DNA from: an uncultured virus (IMG/VR IMGVR_UViG_3300013120_000767) | Lineage: Duplodnaviria; Heunggongvirae; Uroviricota; Caudoviricetes | DNA: 64,000 nt | Virus record (IMG/VR): IMGVR_UViG_3300013120_000767 | Span: 1-64,000 of that record | Reading direction: 5' to 3' (one strand) | In this document: one piece after another, positions 1-8,246 of the stretch | How positions within the stretch are numbered: the stretch's first letter is position 1 | Layout: every line of letters begins with the position of its first letter | The notes under the pieces: model-generated | The model's database searches: none | Told to the model about the DNA's origin: nothing | What the model saw: the letters and a program-made list of their open reading frames with translations, nothing else | Program-made: the position numbers and the translations under genes

Positions 1-461
1 GGCTGTTCTTCTTCCAAGGGCGTGAGGTCGGCGGGGGGACACATCCACTCCCCGAGCGCCCCACAGCCCCTTAGACCACTATCCAGGACAACGTAGATAC
101 ACCCCACGATGCCGCCTACCACCGTCCCCGGTCCTTGATGGGCAACCATCACCCTCTGTCCCTTGCGGAACCCGTGCCGGGACTCGGGCGTTTCTCTCGC
201 CAGCCTTGCTGCCTCTGCGACTGCCATGGCCTTTCCTATGTAACGATCAGCAAGACGCAGCTGGAATTCAGCCCGTACCTCTACCGTTTCTATCTCTTGT
301 CCCCCCACATCTTCGCTTATGGGCAGGCCCGACACACTAGGGTACGTCACCATGTACGAGTGTCGGGGGGGACGCTGCGGCAGTCGGGCCTTTGCCGCCT
401 GCCCGCGTCGGTTTTCCCGCTCAAGAATGCAGCTGATGATGCTGTTCAGTGTTTTTTTCAT
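1..461 (-). CDS. hypothetical protein, partial (runs off left edge)
   Basis: Translated by hand (not in ORF track): ATG at 461 overlaps the stop of 458..919 (ATGA); MKKTLNSIISCILERENRRG... stays open to position 1. Confidence 0.6.
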   Translation of the reverse strand, partial: MKKTLNSIISCILERENRRGQAAKARLPQRPPRHSYMVTYPSVSGLPISEDVGGQEIETVEVRAEFQLRLADRYIGKAMAVAEAARLARETPESRHGFRKGQRVMVAHQGPGTVVGGIVGCIYVVLDSGLRGCGALGEWMCPPADLTPLEEEQ

Positions 462-919
462 GGTTTTCCTCCGACTCCTCCGTCGTTGGGCATTAGGATA
501 CTCTCCAATTTGTGCATGATGGCCTCACAGGCATCCCGAACCTCCAGGAGCATCCCATCCCCCTCAGGGGCCGCCTCGTTGATTTCGGCAATGAGGTCGC
601 AGGCGTCGTCCTTGACAGCTGTCAGTATTGAACGGACCTCTTTCAGCCGCGCCGAGGTTTCCCTTGTCAGTTTGGCCCCTTCCAGCATAGCTCTGGCATT
701 GGCCTCGCCTCCATGATGGGGGGCGAATACGCCGACCACCCCCACGCCGGGGACGGAGATGGTGTTGAACCAGTCACCATTCTCAAAGAAGGCCCTAAGC
801 CTCTCTTCGAGTTGTCGGTATTTCGCCTTTTGCTCCGGACCCACTTTTTCAACAAAGGCGGTGTCCCCGAGTTGGGATTGCTCCAGCTCCTCCAGGCGGT
901 GGATGAGGTCAGTGAGCAT
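458..919 (-). CDS. hypothetical phage protein
   Basis: 153-aa ORF with GAGGAAGAG upstream; coupled to both neighbours. Confidence 0.65.
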   Translation of the reverse strand: MLTDLIHRLEELEQSQLGDTAFVEKVGPEQKAKYRQLEERLRAFFENGDWFNTISVPGVGVVGVFAPHHGGEANARAMLEGAKLTRETSARLKEVRSILTAVKDDACDLIAEINEAAPEGDGMLLEVRDACEAIMHKLESILMPNDGGVGGKP

Positions 920-1124
920 GCTCTTCCTCTACCTGCTTGACTTGGCTGGTGAGTTCCAGGGGGCCCCATTCCTCTTCGAGCCGGGCCCTCAGTTCGCCGA
1001 TGTCCCGTAGGGTGCTCTGTTCGTTGAGTAGTCCCAACTTGTCGTTGGGGAACAGGCGCACCGTCAGTTCACCGATTTTGGCGGTGATGGTGAGGCCTCT
1101 AGTACTCGTCGTCTTCTTCGTCAT
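909..1124 (-). CDS. hypothetical phage protein
   Basis: Start moved to ATG 1124 (GGAGG RBS); overlaps both neighbours. Confidence 0.5.
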   Translation of the reverse strand: MTKKTTSTRGLTITAKIGELTVRLFPNDKLGLLNEQSTLRDIGELRARLEEEWGPLELTSQVKQVEEEHAH

Positions 1125-2070
1125 CTGCATCCTCCATGTCCAGTTCACGGACTAGTTCGGAGACTTCTTCCCAGTTGCGCTGAATCCCAACGAGGTCCCG
1201 TTTCTCTCGTTCTTCCCGGGCTCGTACTTTGTCGAAGTTTGCTTGGTCCATCCGCCTCAAGATTTCCTCTTGGATGATGCCTGAAAGGACGTCGGGGGGA
1301 AGAGCGTCCAGCTCCCAGCATTCTTCCCCGTACAGAGCGACATATTCAGCAAAGCGGGAGTCGGTCACTTTGGCTGGGTTGGGCGGTGGGTTGTATTCTT
1401 CCACTTGGTCCATGTTCAAGCCGGCCCTGAACACCCGCGGGGGGTTGTGCCCGTGGTGGGTGAGGAACAGAGTCAGCCGGTCCACCGTATCCCGGGTCAT
1501 GTCGATCCCGGAAGGGTCGTGGTCGCCCAGGTGGATAATGGTAGGTGTCTGCCCTCGGCGCAGGTGCCTGATGAGGCGTTGGGCGCCCACCCACATCCCG
1601 GTCTGGGAGTTGTATCCCAGGCAGGCATAGTAGGGCACGTCGAGGGGGTCGCAGGCGTGCTGGACGATTTCAATAAGACTTTCTTTTTCAACCCAGACTT
1701 CGATGCGTTGGGGTTGGGTGGCCCACTTGTCCCGACGGTAGCCGTAGACGCAGGCGTCGATGATCTCCGTTGGGCTGTTCCAGTGGGGGCGCTGCGGGGT
1801 GCCCGCACCCCGCAGTCCTCGGCGACGGTCTTCAATGGCGTCCCAGTCAACCAAGCCGGCCAAGCGGGCGTCCGAGATGAGGTTCCCCAGGTTGGAGTAC
1901 TCCCGTTGGGAGTTGGGGATGAGGTCGCGGCTCACAAACTGGTAGAAAAGTTGGCGGAGAGTAAGTGAAAAACCCTTGGCTAAGTACTCCTCGATGATGC
2001 TGTTGGCCCACTCGATCTTCGCCCGGGAGGACTCCCGGAATCGTTTGGGGGTGTAGCAGATTTTCGCCAT
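1099..2070 (-). CDS. Toprim-domain protein (topoisomerase VI-A/Spo11-like)
   Basis: N-terminal LTLRQLFYQFV helical region; IEVWVEKE (Toprim Glu) and GDHDPSGIDM (DxD) motifs; C-terminal WELDAL; AAGGAGG RBS. Confidence 0.75.
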   Translation of the reverse strand: MAKICYTPKRFRESSRAKIEWANSIIEEYLAKGFSLTLRQLFYQFVSRDLIPNSQREYSNLGNLISDARLAGLVDWDAIEDRRRGLRGAGTPQRPHWNSPTEIIDACVYGYRRDKWATQPQRIEVWVEKESLIEIVQHACDPLDVPYYACLGYNSQTGMWVGAQRLIRHLRRGQTPTIIHLGDHDPSGIDMTRDTVDRLTLFLTHHGHNPPRVFRAGLNMDQVEEYNPPPNPAKVTDSRFAEYVALYGEECWELDALPPDVLSGIIQEEILRRMDQANFDKVRAREEREKRDLVGIQRNWEEVSELVRELDMEDADDEEDDEY

Positions 2071-2099
2071 GCGGCCTCCTTCGCTTGCGGAGTGGTCGT

Positions 2100-2351
2100 T
2101 TACTGGCTTTTACCTCTGAATTCAATGTTTTCCTGGCTCACGAAGAACAGGGTCATATCCCGGACCTCGTAGTTCCAGCGGGCTCTTGCCCAATAGCGAA
2201 AGACGACGTACTCCATGTCTACTATCGCTCGGATGTGCAGCAATCGACCTTGGGTGTGATAGTAACGAAGAAACAGCTTCGTCCCGGGGACGATTTTTGC
2301 TGCTATGGGGCCCTTGAGGAACTTGTGATACTCCGCAAGTGCGCTGCTCAT
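2100..2351 (-). CDS. hypothetical phage protein
   Basis: ATG 2351 overlaps the upstream stop (ATGA). Confidence 0.55.
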   Translation of the reverse strand: MSSALAEYHKFLKGPIAAKIVPGTKLFLRYYHTQGRLLHIRAIVDMEYVVFRYWARARWNYEVRDMTLFFVSQENIEFRGKSQ

Positions 2352-2710
2352 GCGAGCTCCAGCTGGACTCCTACCCACTCCCAGTATCCCAGGCGGGTGT
2401 TGCCGGCCGCGACCTCATCTTGCCAGTCGCCAACAGGGTGGTCGGGGTAGTGCCCCCAAAAACCCCCGTGCTCCTTGTGGGGAGGAGAGACCACTCTACG
2501 CAGTGCGGTCTGCACGTCCCGGGTGACGGGCCCGTGCAAGGTGCAGAACTGGTCCTGGGGGTGGAACTCCACAACGTGGGGGATCTCCCCCTCGCAGTCG
2601 TCCTGGTTGCTCACAAAGAAATCGTACTCCTCTCCGCCCACTACGAGGGAGCAACGGAGCTTGCCGGTGCTGTCGTACCATGGCATGGCGATGGTGAATT
2701 CAGTATTCAT
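2348..2710 (-). CDS. hypothetical phage protein
   Basis: 120 aa, GAGGAGG RBS, ATGA-type coupling. Confidence 0.65.
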   Translation of the reverse strand: MNTEFTIAMPWYDSTGKLRCSLVVGGEEYDFFVSNQDDCEGEIPHVVEFHPQDQFCTLHGPVTRDVQTALRRVVSPPHKEHGGFWGHYPDHPVGDWQDEVAAGNTRLGYWEWVGVQLELA

Positions 2711-2946
2711 TGGTCCTCCTCAGTTGGTTCGTCGCCCCTGCGGTACCACCACAGGGGCTCGACCTCGATGCCCAGTGTTTTTTTGAGCACGAAGGCCATT
2801 GGGTTTCCGAAGGCGACGGTGACGAAGTCCCGGTACTCCCCGCACACTTTGCAGTGCACGGTCAACCCGGAGTACGGGGGGTCTTCGCGCACCACTGTGT
2901 GCCCGCAGGTCAGTTCGTAGTCCCACAGGGGGCACTTCGAGCACAT
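2707..2946 (-). CDS. small Cys-rich (putative Zn-ribbon) protein
   Basis: CSKC, CGH and CKVC motifs; GGGAG RBS. Confidence 0.55.
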   Translation of the reverse strand: MCSKCPLWDYELTCGHTVVREDPPYSGLTVHCKVCGEYRDFVTVAFGNPMAFVLKKTLGIEVEPLWWYRRGDEPTEEDQ

Positions 2947-2949
2947 GGG

Positions 2950-3282
2950 CTACTCCCGTTTCTTTGCCTCTTCCCGCACTTCTTGGAAGATGGCCTCCCT
3001 TTCTGCCAAGTAGCCGGCGTAGTCGATGCCGAGGAAATCAGCAATGAATTCTTCCGGCTTGAGGCGAATGGGGACGAACGTTGGTATGGTGGGCCCAACC
3101 CACAGCCCGTCTTCGTCGACGCAGTCGGGGTCATCTGCGTATTCCGGGTCAGGAGCGTCCTCGACGTACTTGCAGAAAACCCACCCTTTCCCCTCCGTTA
3201 TCCAATCATAGAACTCCTGAGCGAGGTCTCTTTTCACCTTGTTCGCCAGGAGCTTGTCCAGCTCCGGTGTTGGTTTTGCCAT
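2950..3282 (-). CDS. hypothetical phage protein
   Basis: Start moved to ATG 3282 (AAGGAGGAG RBS; TAATG overlap), MAKPTPELD... Confidence 0.65.
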   Translation of the reverse strand: MAKPTPELDKLLANKVKRDLAQEFYDWITEGKGWVFCKYVEDAPDPEYADDPDCVDEDGLWVGPTIPTFVPIRLKPEEFIADFLGIDYAGYLAEREAIFQEVREEAKKRE

Positions 3283-3539
3283 TACTCCTCCTTGCAGGCC
3301 GTCGCCATCCATCCGGCGTACTTGTCTCTTATTCTGTATGCCTTGGTTCGGGAACCAACCACCAACTCGAGTTGGCACTTGGTTCCAGCTTTGGTGAGGC
3401 GGGGCCCTCCCGGTAGCTGGTCGGGGAATTTCGTTCCCCGCAGGCACACCGAGTGGGCTCCCTTGACTGTGCTGGTGACGAACACCCGTACAGGCTTCTT
3501 GGTGTGGTGTAGCAACCACAGGAAATCTTTCTTCAGCAT
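3282..3539 (-). CDS. hypothetical phage protein
   Basis: 85 aa; fills the gap in a coupled operon. Confidence 0.55.
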   Translation of the reverse strand: MLKKDFLWLLHHTKKPVRVFVTSTVKGAHSVCLRGTKFPDQLPGGPRLTKAGTKCQLELVVGSRTKAYRIRDKYAGWMATACKEE

Positions 3540-3835
3540 GGGATTACCTGTACCCCTCCCCGAGGCCCGAAACGAATGATGCGGTCTGGGTACCAGTAGG
3601 GGTCATCCAAATGAGGCTTGTCGAAGAATAGCTGCATTTCAGCGCCGTGCCCATACTCATAAGCACTTGCGCCGGCGTCGACGCAAGGGCACCGACTCCG
3701 CGTGACGGGGTCCCACCCGTCTCCGCGACACTCGAAGATCTCCCGGGCGCCGGTGATGCTGGGAAACTCTTCAAGGTCGCTCCTCTCAGGGGTTGCATAG
3801 CTGCTCCCCCCGTACCACAACCCCCAGACTTTCAT
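3533..3835 (-). CDS. hypothetical phage protein
   Basis: 100 aa; AAGGGGG RBS; ends DRIIRFGPRGGV. Confidence 0.65.
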   Translation of the reverse strand: MKVWGLWYGGSSYATPERSDLEEFPSITGAREIFECRGDGWDPVTRSRCPCVDAGASAYEYGHGAEMQLFFDKPHLDDPYWYPDRIIRFGPRGGVQVIPC

Positions 3836-3849
3836 TCTTTCCCCCTTCG

Positions 3850-4356
3850 CTAGCCCCTCTTCTTGGCCGCTTCATCGAGTTCGTCCCACCGAGGGTCGTC
3901 AGTGAGCACCAGCACCTTAGCGAACGCCATGTAGGCCATAGATAATTCTCGGGCTATTCGTGCCCGTTTGTCAATAGGCTCGTCTGGGTCGCTGATGGTG
4001 TCCCTCAGTCCTTGGGTGTCGACCAGGGAGGGAAGTGGGGGAGCGCCTCCCCGCTGTTTGAGCCACTGGCGTTTCCGCCGAGTGACTAAGGAATTGCCCT
4101 TTGCCCCGCAGGTTTCGCAGTAGTATTTCCCCTTAGGATCTGCTTCCTCCTCCTCGTAGAAGGTTCCGTCCACTCCCGTCCACTCGGTTATGGTGTGGAC
4201 GTCGCCGTGTCCGTCTGTAGCTACAAGAGCAATCCCCACCGAACGAGGGACGTTGGTGTTATGGTAGACTTCCGTGCTCCCGCAGAAAGGGCAGCGGGGA
4301 ATGAGGCTTTGCTCTTCGGCGATCTTCTGTGCCTCGCTTTTGTCTTCGTCAATCAT
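3850..4356 (-). CDS. Zn-ribbon-containing hypothetical protein
   Basis: Start moved to ATG 4356 (GGAGG RBS); CPFC and CETC pairs. Confidence 0.6.
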   Translation of the reverse strand: MIDEDKSEAQKIAEEQSLIPRCPFCGSTEVYHNTNVPRSVGIALVATDGHGDVHTITEWTGVDGTFYEEEEADPKGKYYCETCGAKGNSLVTRRKRQWLKQRGGAPPLPSLVDTQGLRDTISDPDEPIDKRARIARELSMAYMAFAKVLVLTDDPRWDELDEAAKKRG

Positions 4357-4735
4357 TGAGGTCCTCCAGGTACTTGATGGACTCCTCCAGCCACTCCCGT
4401 TCGTCTTCCCCCTGCTGCTCGAAGTAGGCGGAGATAGCCGCATCTTTGTCTTTTGGGGCTTCCTCTCGGGGGCTCCCCATGACGTCTTCCCAGTCCTCCA
4501 TTGCATACTCGTGCAGACGGTTGGTCATACCATCTTCGGTAGCAGTGATGAAAACGGTGGGGGAGTCCCCCAGATAGGTGATGACGGCCACGTGGACCCG
4601 GGGCGTTTCCCCCAAGGCTGCCACGGCCAGTACGTGTGCGTCGTCGAGATCCTGCCAATCGACAGAACCCCCCGACTTTTCCCCGTTCTTGTACGCCTGA
4701 ACGAGGGCTTTGCATGCGTCAACTAGCTTCTTCAT
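4349..4735 (-). CDS. hypothetical phage protein
   Basis: 128 aa, acidic; GGAGGT RBS. Confidence 0.65.
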   Translation of the reverse strand: MKKLVDACKALVQAYKNGEKSGGSVDWQDLDDAHVLAVAALGETPRVHVAVITYLGDSPTVFITATEDGMTNRLHEYAMEDWEDVMGSPREEAPKDKDAAISAYFEQQGEDEREWLEESIKYLEDLND

Positions 4736-4842
4736 GTCTGGAATACCTCCGTTCTAGATTCCATCAGCGGCGGACACTTTCGGCTTCAGCAAACTTGTCC
4801 AGGGGGGGGTGTTCCTCGTCGTAGCGAACGCCGTCTGTAGCT

Positions 4843-5166
4843 TCAAATGAGTCGTCGAGCCTTGCCCCACACCCCGTCACCGGGGGAAGGCAGGCACTCG
4901 TTGGGGGCGATGTGGAGTTGCCAGTGGTAATCCAGATTCCCTTTGTCTATGCCAATCAGGCGAGCGTCCGTGACTCGGTCCGGGTGAGCGTCCCCCGGCC
5001 GGATGCACGTTACTTCTCCGCCGCAGTGATTGGCTACGGTCTGCGCAATGTCCCGGAGGAACCGAGTGTACCGGTCGCGGTCCATCCCCTCCCCTCGGCT
5101 GGCGGGGTCGCAGATGAGGTCCGCTACCAGCGCGGCAAGCTCTGTTTCGGTGATGATTTTCGGCAT
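4843..5166 (-). CDS. hypothetical phage protein
   Basis: Start moved to ATG 5166 (TAATG overlap with the upstream gene; GGAGG RBS). Confidence 0.6.
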   Translation of the reverse strand: MPKIITETELAALVADLICDPASRGEGMDRDRYTRFLRDIAQTVANHCGGEVTCIRPGDAHPDRVTDARLIGIDKGNLDYHWQLHIAPNECLPSPGDGVWGKARRLI

Positions 5167-6188
5167 TATGTTGGTCCTCCGCCCTTCTTGAAGGCGCCCG
5201 TTGGGCATTCCCATGGGTCCGTAGTGATGGGGTGATTGTACTGGTGACTGCGCCCGGCTTCTATGGCCCAGGCTGCCGAGTGGGGGAGCCACCTGAGGTA
5301 GCTGGTTCCCCTATCAGCGAGTTCGGGAAGGGTCGTCCCGTCGCGCAGTGTATGCCGCAATGCCACTTCGTACTCGGCAATTTCAGCAAACTGTTCCGGG
5401 AAGAGTTCCCGTACGGTGGCCCACTGGTCTGGGTTGCCGAAGATGCAGGCAGCGCAAGACAGCCGGCCGAAGCCCAGGTGGTACGCCGGATGGGGGTTGA
5501 CCCCATAGTTCTTGATGGTGTCCCACACTTGCTTCTCAGGAAAGTCGATGACCGGCCGCCAGTGAGTGATGATTCGCTTCCTGGTGGAGGCCCGATCGTT
5601 TTCCGCTTCCAAGTACTTGGCCCGACCAGGGGATTCCTCTCGCCTCTCTCCGGTGACGAACAGGAAGAACCCCCGTGCGAAGGTTGGGTCGTTGGCGAAG
5701 ATTTTGTCGCCCACGTCGATTTTGAGGTAGGCTGAGCACCAGCGCCGGGTCAGGTCGGCAGCGATGGCCGGGAACCGTCGCCTGGTGCCCTTGGGGCCCT
5801 TCCCGCCTGTGCGGGCGATGCCGCCCCCAACCAACTCCAAAGAGGTGGGGGCAGTGGGCTCATTGTCTCGTAGTAGCTCCCTGCGAAAGCCCCCTTCCTT
5901 CCACGAGAAGTAGAGGTCGATTTCCAGCTGCTCAGCGGCGGCGCAGCAGTAGTCGGACGTGCAGGGCCAATCAAAGAAGGGGGTGGCCCCGCCCTCCACG
6001 TCGTGGTGCCACAGGTACATTTGCTCTGGCGGGCACCCGAGGTCCAGCAACTTCATCGTGCTGGCTTGGGAGTCCTTCCCACCGCTAAAAGCGATGATGA
6101 CTTTGTCGTAAGCCGAGAAGTCCCCAGCCTTGGCTCGGTTCAGCTCACGCAGTTGCTTTTGAGACAGCTCCATGTTCCGGCTTGCCAT
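5166..6188 (-). CDS. PAPS-reductase-family (PP-loop) protein
   Basis: AFSGGKDS PP-loop, RWCSAYLKID, TGERREES, HWRPVI and PHPAYHLGFGRLSCAAC motifs; start ATG 6188 with GGAGGG RBS. Confidence 0.85.
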   Translation of the reverse strand: MASRNMELSQKQLRELNRAKAGDFSAYDKVIIAFSGGKDSQASTMKLLDLGCPPEQMYLWHHDVEGGATPFFDWPCTSDYCCAAAEQLEIDLYFSWKEGGFRRELLRDNEPTAPTSLELVGGGIARTGGKGPKGTRRRFPAIAADLTRRWCSAYLKIDVGDKIFANDPTFARGFFLFVTGERREESPGRAKYLEAENDRASTRKRIITHWRPVIDFPEKQVWDTIKNYGVNPHPAYHLGFGRLSCAACIFGNPDQWATVRELFPEQFAEIAEYEVALRHTLRDGTTLPELADRGTSYLRWLPHSAAWAIEAGRSHQYNHPITTDPWECPTGAFKKGGGPT

Positions 6189-6284
6189 AGGCACCCTCCA
6201 GTAAGCAAGCAGCAACTCCTCCACACGAGCACCTTGCCCAGGCTTGGCGTTGTCTGCGGTGAGGTTGGTGATTGGCTCTGAATC

Positions 6285-6842
6285 TCATGATTTCCTTCTA
6301 ACTTCTTGGAGCCCCCGGAGGAACTGCGTACGGGTTACCCGAGTCATATTTACGGGGTGCTCTACACCCCATATTCCTACCGCTGGGCAGTTCCGGGACC
6401 ACGTTTGCACCACCCGGAACTCCGGGTCCGGTAATTCGGGGGCGCCAGTCAACCCCCGAAGTTCGAAGACCTCGCCGTAAACCATGTAGGGTCCGTCCTC
6501 CCCCTCCACCTGACGCATGTAGAATGCCCCCGGCGGGCAGTTCGGGGGTGCTCCCTCCTTGGTTGTCACGGAGATCCGGCGTTCTTCTCTTTGGTAGGTC
6601 GTCACCGAAACCCGCAGGTAGGAGAATTCCTCGACAATGGCAGTAGCGATGCCCTGAGCAAGCTCGTTTGGGTCGCCGAGGAGTTCTAGGCAGGTTGTTT
6701 CAAAGGAGCTCTTCTGCCTTTCTTTGTCCCAGTTTTCCCCTTCTATGCCTTGGACTTTGCCTGCCAGAAGTCGGACTTGCTCGTGGACGTATCGTTGTGG
6801 TACCCCGCTTACCTCCACTAAGAACCAGTAGTTGCTGCGCAT
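6285..6842 (-). CDS. hypothetical phage protein (first gene of the leftward block)
   Basis: 185 aa; GGAGGG RBS. Confidence 0.6.
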   Translation of the reverse strand: MRSNYWFLVEVSGVPQRYVHEQVRLLAGKVQGIEGENWDKERQKSSFETTCLELLGDPNELAQGIATAIVEEFSYLRVSVTTYQREERRISVTTKEGAPPNCPPGAFYMRQVEGEDGPYMVYGEVFELRGLTGAPELPDPEFRVVQTWSRNCPAVGIWGVEHPVNMTRVTRTQFLRGLQEVRRKS

Positions 6843-6902
6843 TTAACCCTCCATAAAAATAGCCTATTTTGGGAGTGAGGGCAATTCCCTCCTCCCATTT
6901 CT

Positions 6903-6911
6903 CTTATAGCA
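6903..6911 (-). promoter_or_regulatory. putative extended -10 promoter for the leftward block
   Basis: Minus strand TGcTATAAG in the AT-rich divergent gap; no good -35. Confidence 0.35.
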
Positions 6912-6931
6912 GATGGGGCGAAAGTTTTGAG

Positions 6932-6960
6932 TTGCGCACGGGGGAGTAATAGTGTAAAAC
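6932..6960 (+). promoter_or_regulatory. putative sigma70-type promoter for the glycan/amide operon
   Basis: TTGCGC-N17-TAAAAC upstream of a GGGGGAG RBS and ATG 6981. Confidence 0.35.
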
Positions 6961-6980
6961 TTAAATGAATTGGGGGAGTC

Positions 6981-8246
6981 ATGGCCCGGTCCGACAACGT
7001 GAAAATTACTAGGACACTCGTAGGGGAGCGGGCAAAAAAGAGGGGGAAACGTCGCCCCTCTAAGAAAGGCCCTGTACTTGTGAGGGGGCCTGGGGGCCGC
7101 CCATTGGTTTCGCCCAATCATCGGGGGGGCCCCTCCCCTTGTGAAGCGAAGACACCGGTACGGCATGGGGGGGTTGTTAAGCGCAGCCCCCCCTCCCCGT
7201 TCGTTGCAGGTGGAGCAGCAGTGGCCCAGAAAAAGCCCTTGGACACAAGTTCTGGTAGACCTCGGGCAGCTGCGGATGTCGAAGTTACTCTGAGCGAACT
7301 CTCGGCACTCCCCCTGAGCTTGGGTACTACGGGGAGGGCCCTACTGGTTTATCATAGGCCGGAAGAGGTCTTCCACAATATTGCTCGTCATATGGCGGCT
7401 AACTTTCCCCCTTCATGGCATGTGGAAATAGTGCCGTCGGCGGCAATTCCGGATTTGCGGGGGTACGAGGTAGTTACGTTAATCCGTTGGCGGGCAGCAA
7501 GCAACGTCCTTCCCCTGCTCCCAAAAGAGGCCGTTTTGGTCCTTTGCGTGTACAGCCATTATCTGTGGAAGCGGCACCGAACTGAGTTCGACACAGCAGT
7601 TGAGCGGGCGGACATCATCACGGGGGCAAGTCAGCTGCTGGTGGAGGAATTGCGCGAGGTGTTGGGGCGGCCTATTGAGTACATGTCTGATGGGGTAGAT
7701 GCACGAATGTTTACCCCTTCAGTTAATCGGCTGAAGTCTCCCGTTCTTCGGGTTGGTTGGGCAGGGAACTCCAAAGTGGCGCGAGGAGTAAAGAACTTAC
7801 AGAAATTAGAGGAGGCGGCAGCGCAAGTTTCAGGGGTGGAGCTAGTCGTCGCCGACATCGCGCGAAAGAGGATTCCCTACGTAGCCATGCCTGAGTGGTA
7901 CCGAGGACTTTCAGCCATTGTCTGTGTTTCCACCAGCGAAGGAACCCCCAACCCGATCATGGAGGGGGCGGCTTCGGGGCTGCCTTACATTTCAACTCCC
8001 GTAGGTTTAGTCCCGGAGATCCACGCCTGCTCCCAGGGGGGCGTGCTCATTTTGGAGGATTCAGTGGCGGGCATTGTCGAGGCCTTGGAGACATTCAAGG
8101 CGTGCGCTGCCCTGCACCGGAAGTGGGGACGGAAAAACCGCGAAGTAATGCAGCGGTCCTGGAGTTGGGCCAGCCGGTTCCACGGCCTCGTTGAGCGCAT
8201 TGGGAGGATTTGTGATTTACGCCGGAGTATATCGTCGGGAGGGTGA
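6981..8246 (+). CDS. GT-B (GT4-like) glycosyltransferase with a basic N-terminal extension
   Basis: DGVDARMF, RVGWAGN, VKNL, MPEWYRGL and STSEGTPNPIMEGAASGLPYISTPVG (E-x7-E) motifs; about 90-aa K/R/P/G-rich leader. Confidence 0.85.
   Translation: MARSDNVKITRTLVGERAKKRGKRRPSKKGPVLVRGPGGRPLVSPNHRGGPSPCEAKTPVRHGGVVKRSPPSPFVAGGAAVAQKKPLDTSSGRPRAAADVEVTLSELSALPLSLGTTGRALLVYHRPEEVFHNIARHMAANFPPSWHVEIVPSAAIPDLRGYEVVTLIRWRAASNVLPLLPKEAVLVLCVYSHYLWKRHRTEFDTAVERADIITGASQLLVEELREVLGRPIEYMSDGVDARMFTPSVNRLKSPVLRVGWAGNSKVARGVKNLQKLEEAAAQVSGVELVVADIARKRIPYVAMPEWYRGLSAIVCVSTSEGTPNPIMEGAASGLPYISTPVGLVPEIHACSQGGVLILEDSVAGIVEALETFKACAALHRKWGRKNREVMQRSWSWASRFHGLVERIGRICDLRRSISSGG

Noticed and set aside
5166..6188. 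dnd phosphorothioation system or cysH
   Set aside because: No dndA/B/D/E, ssp or cys neighbours in the window.
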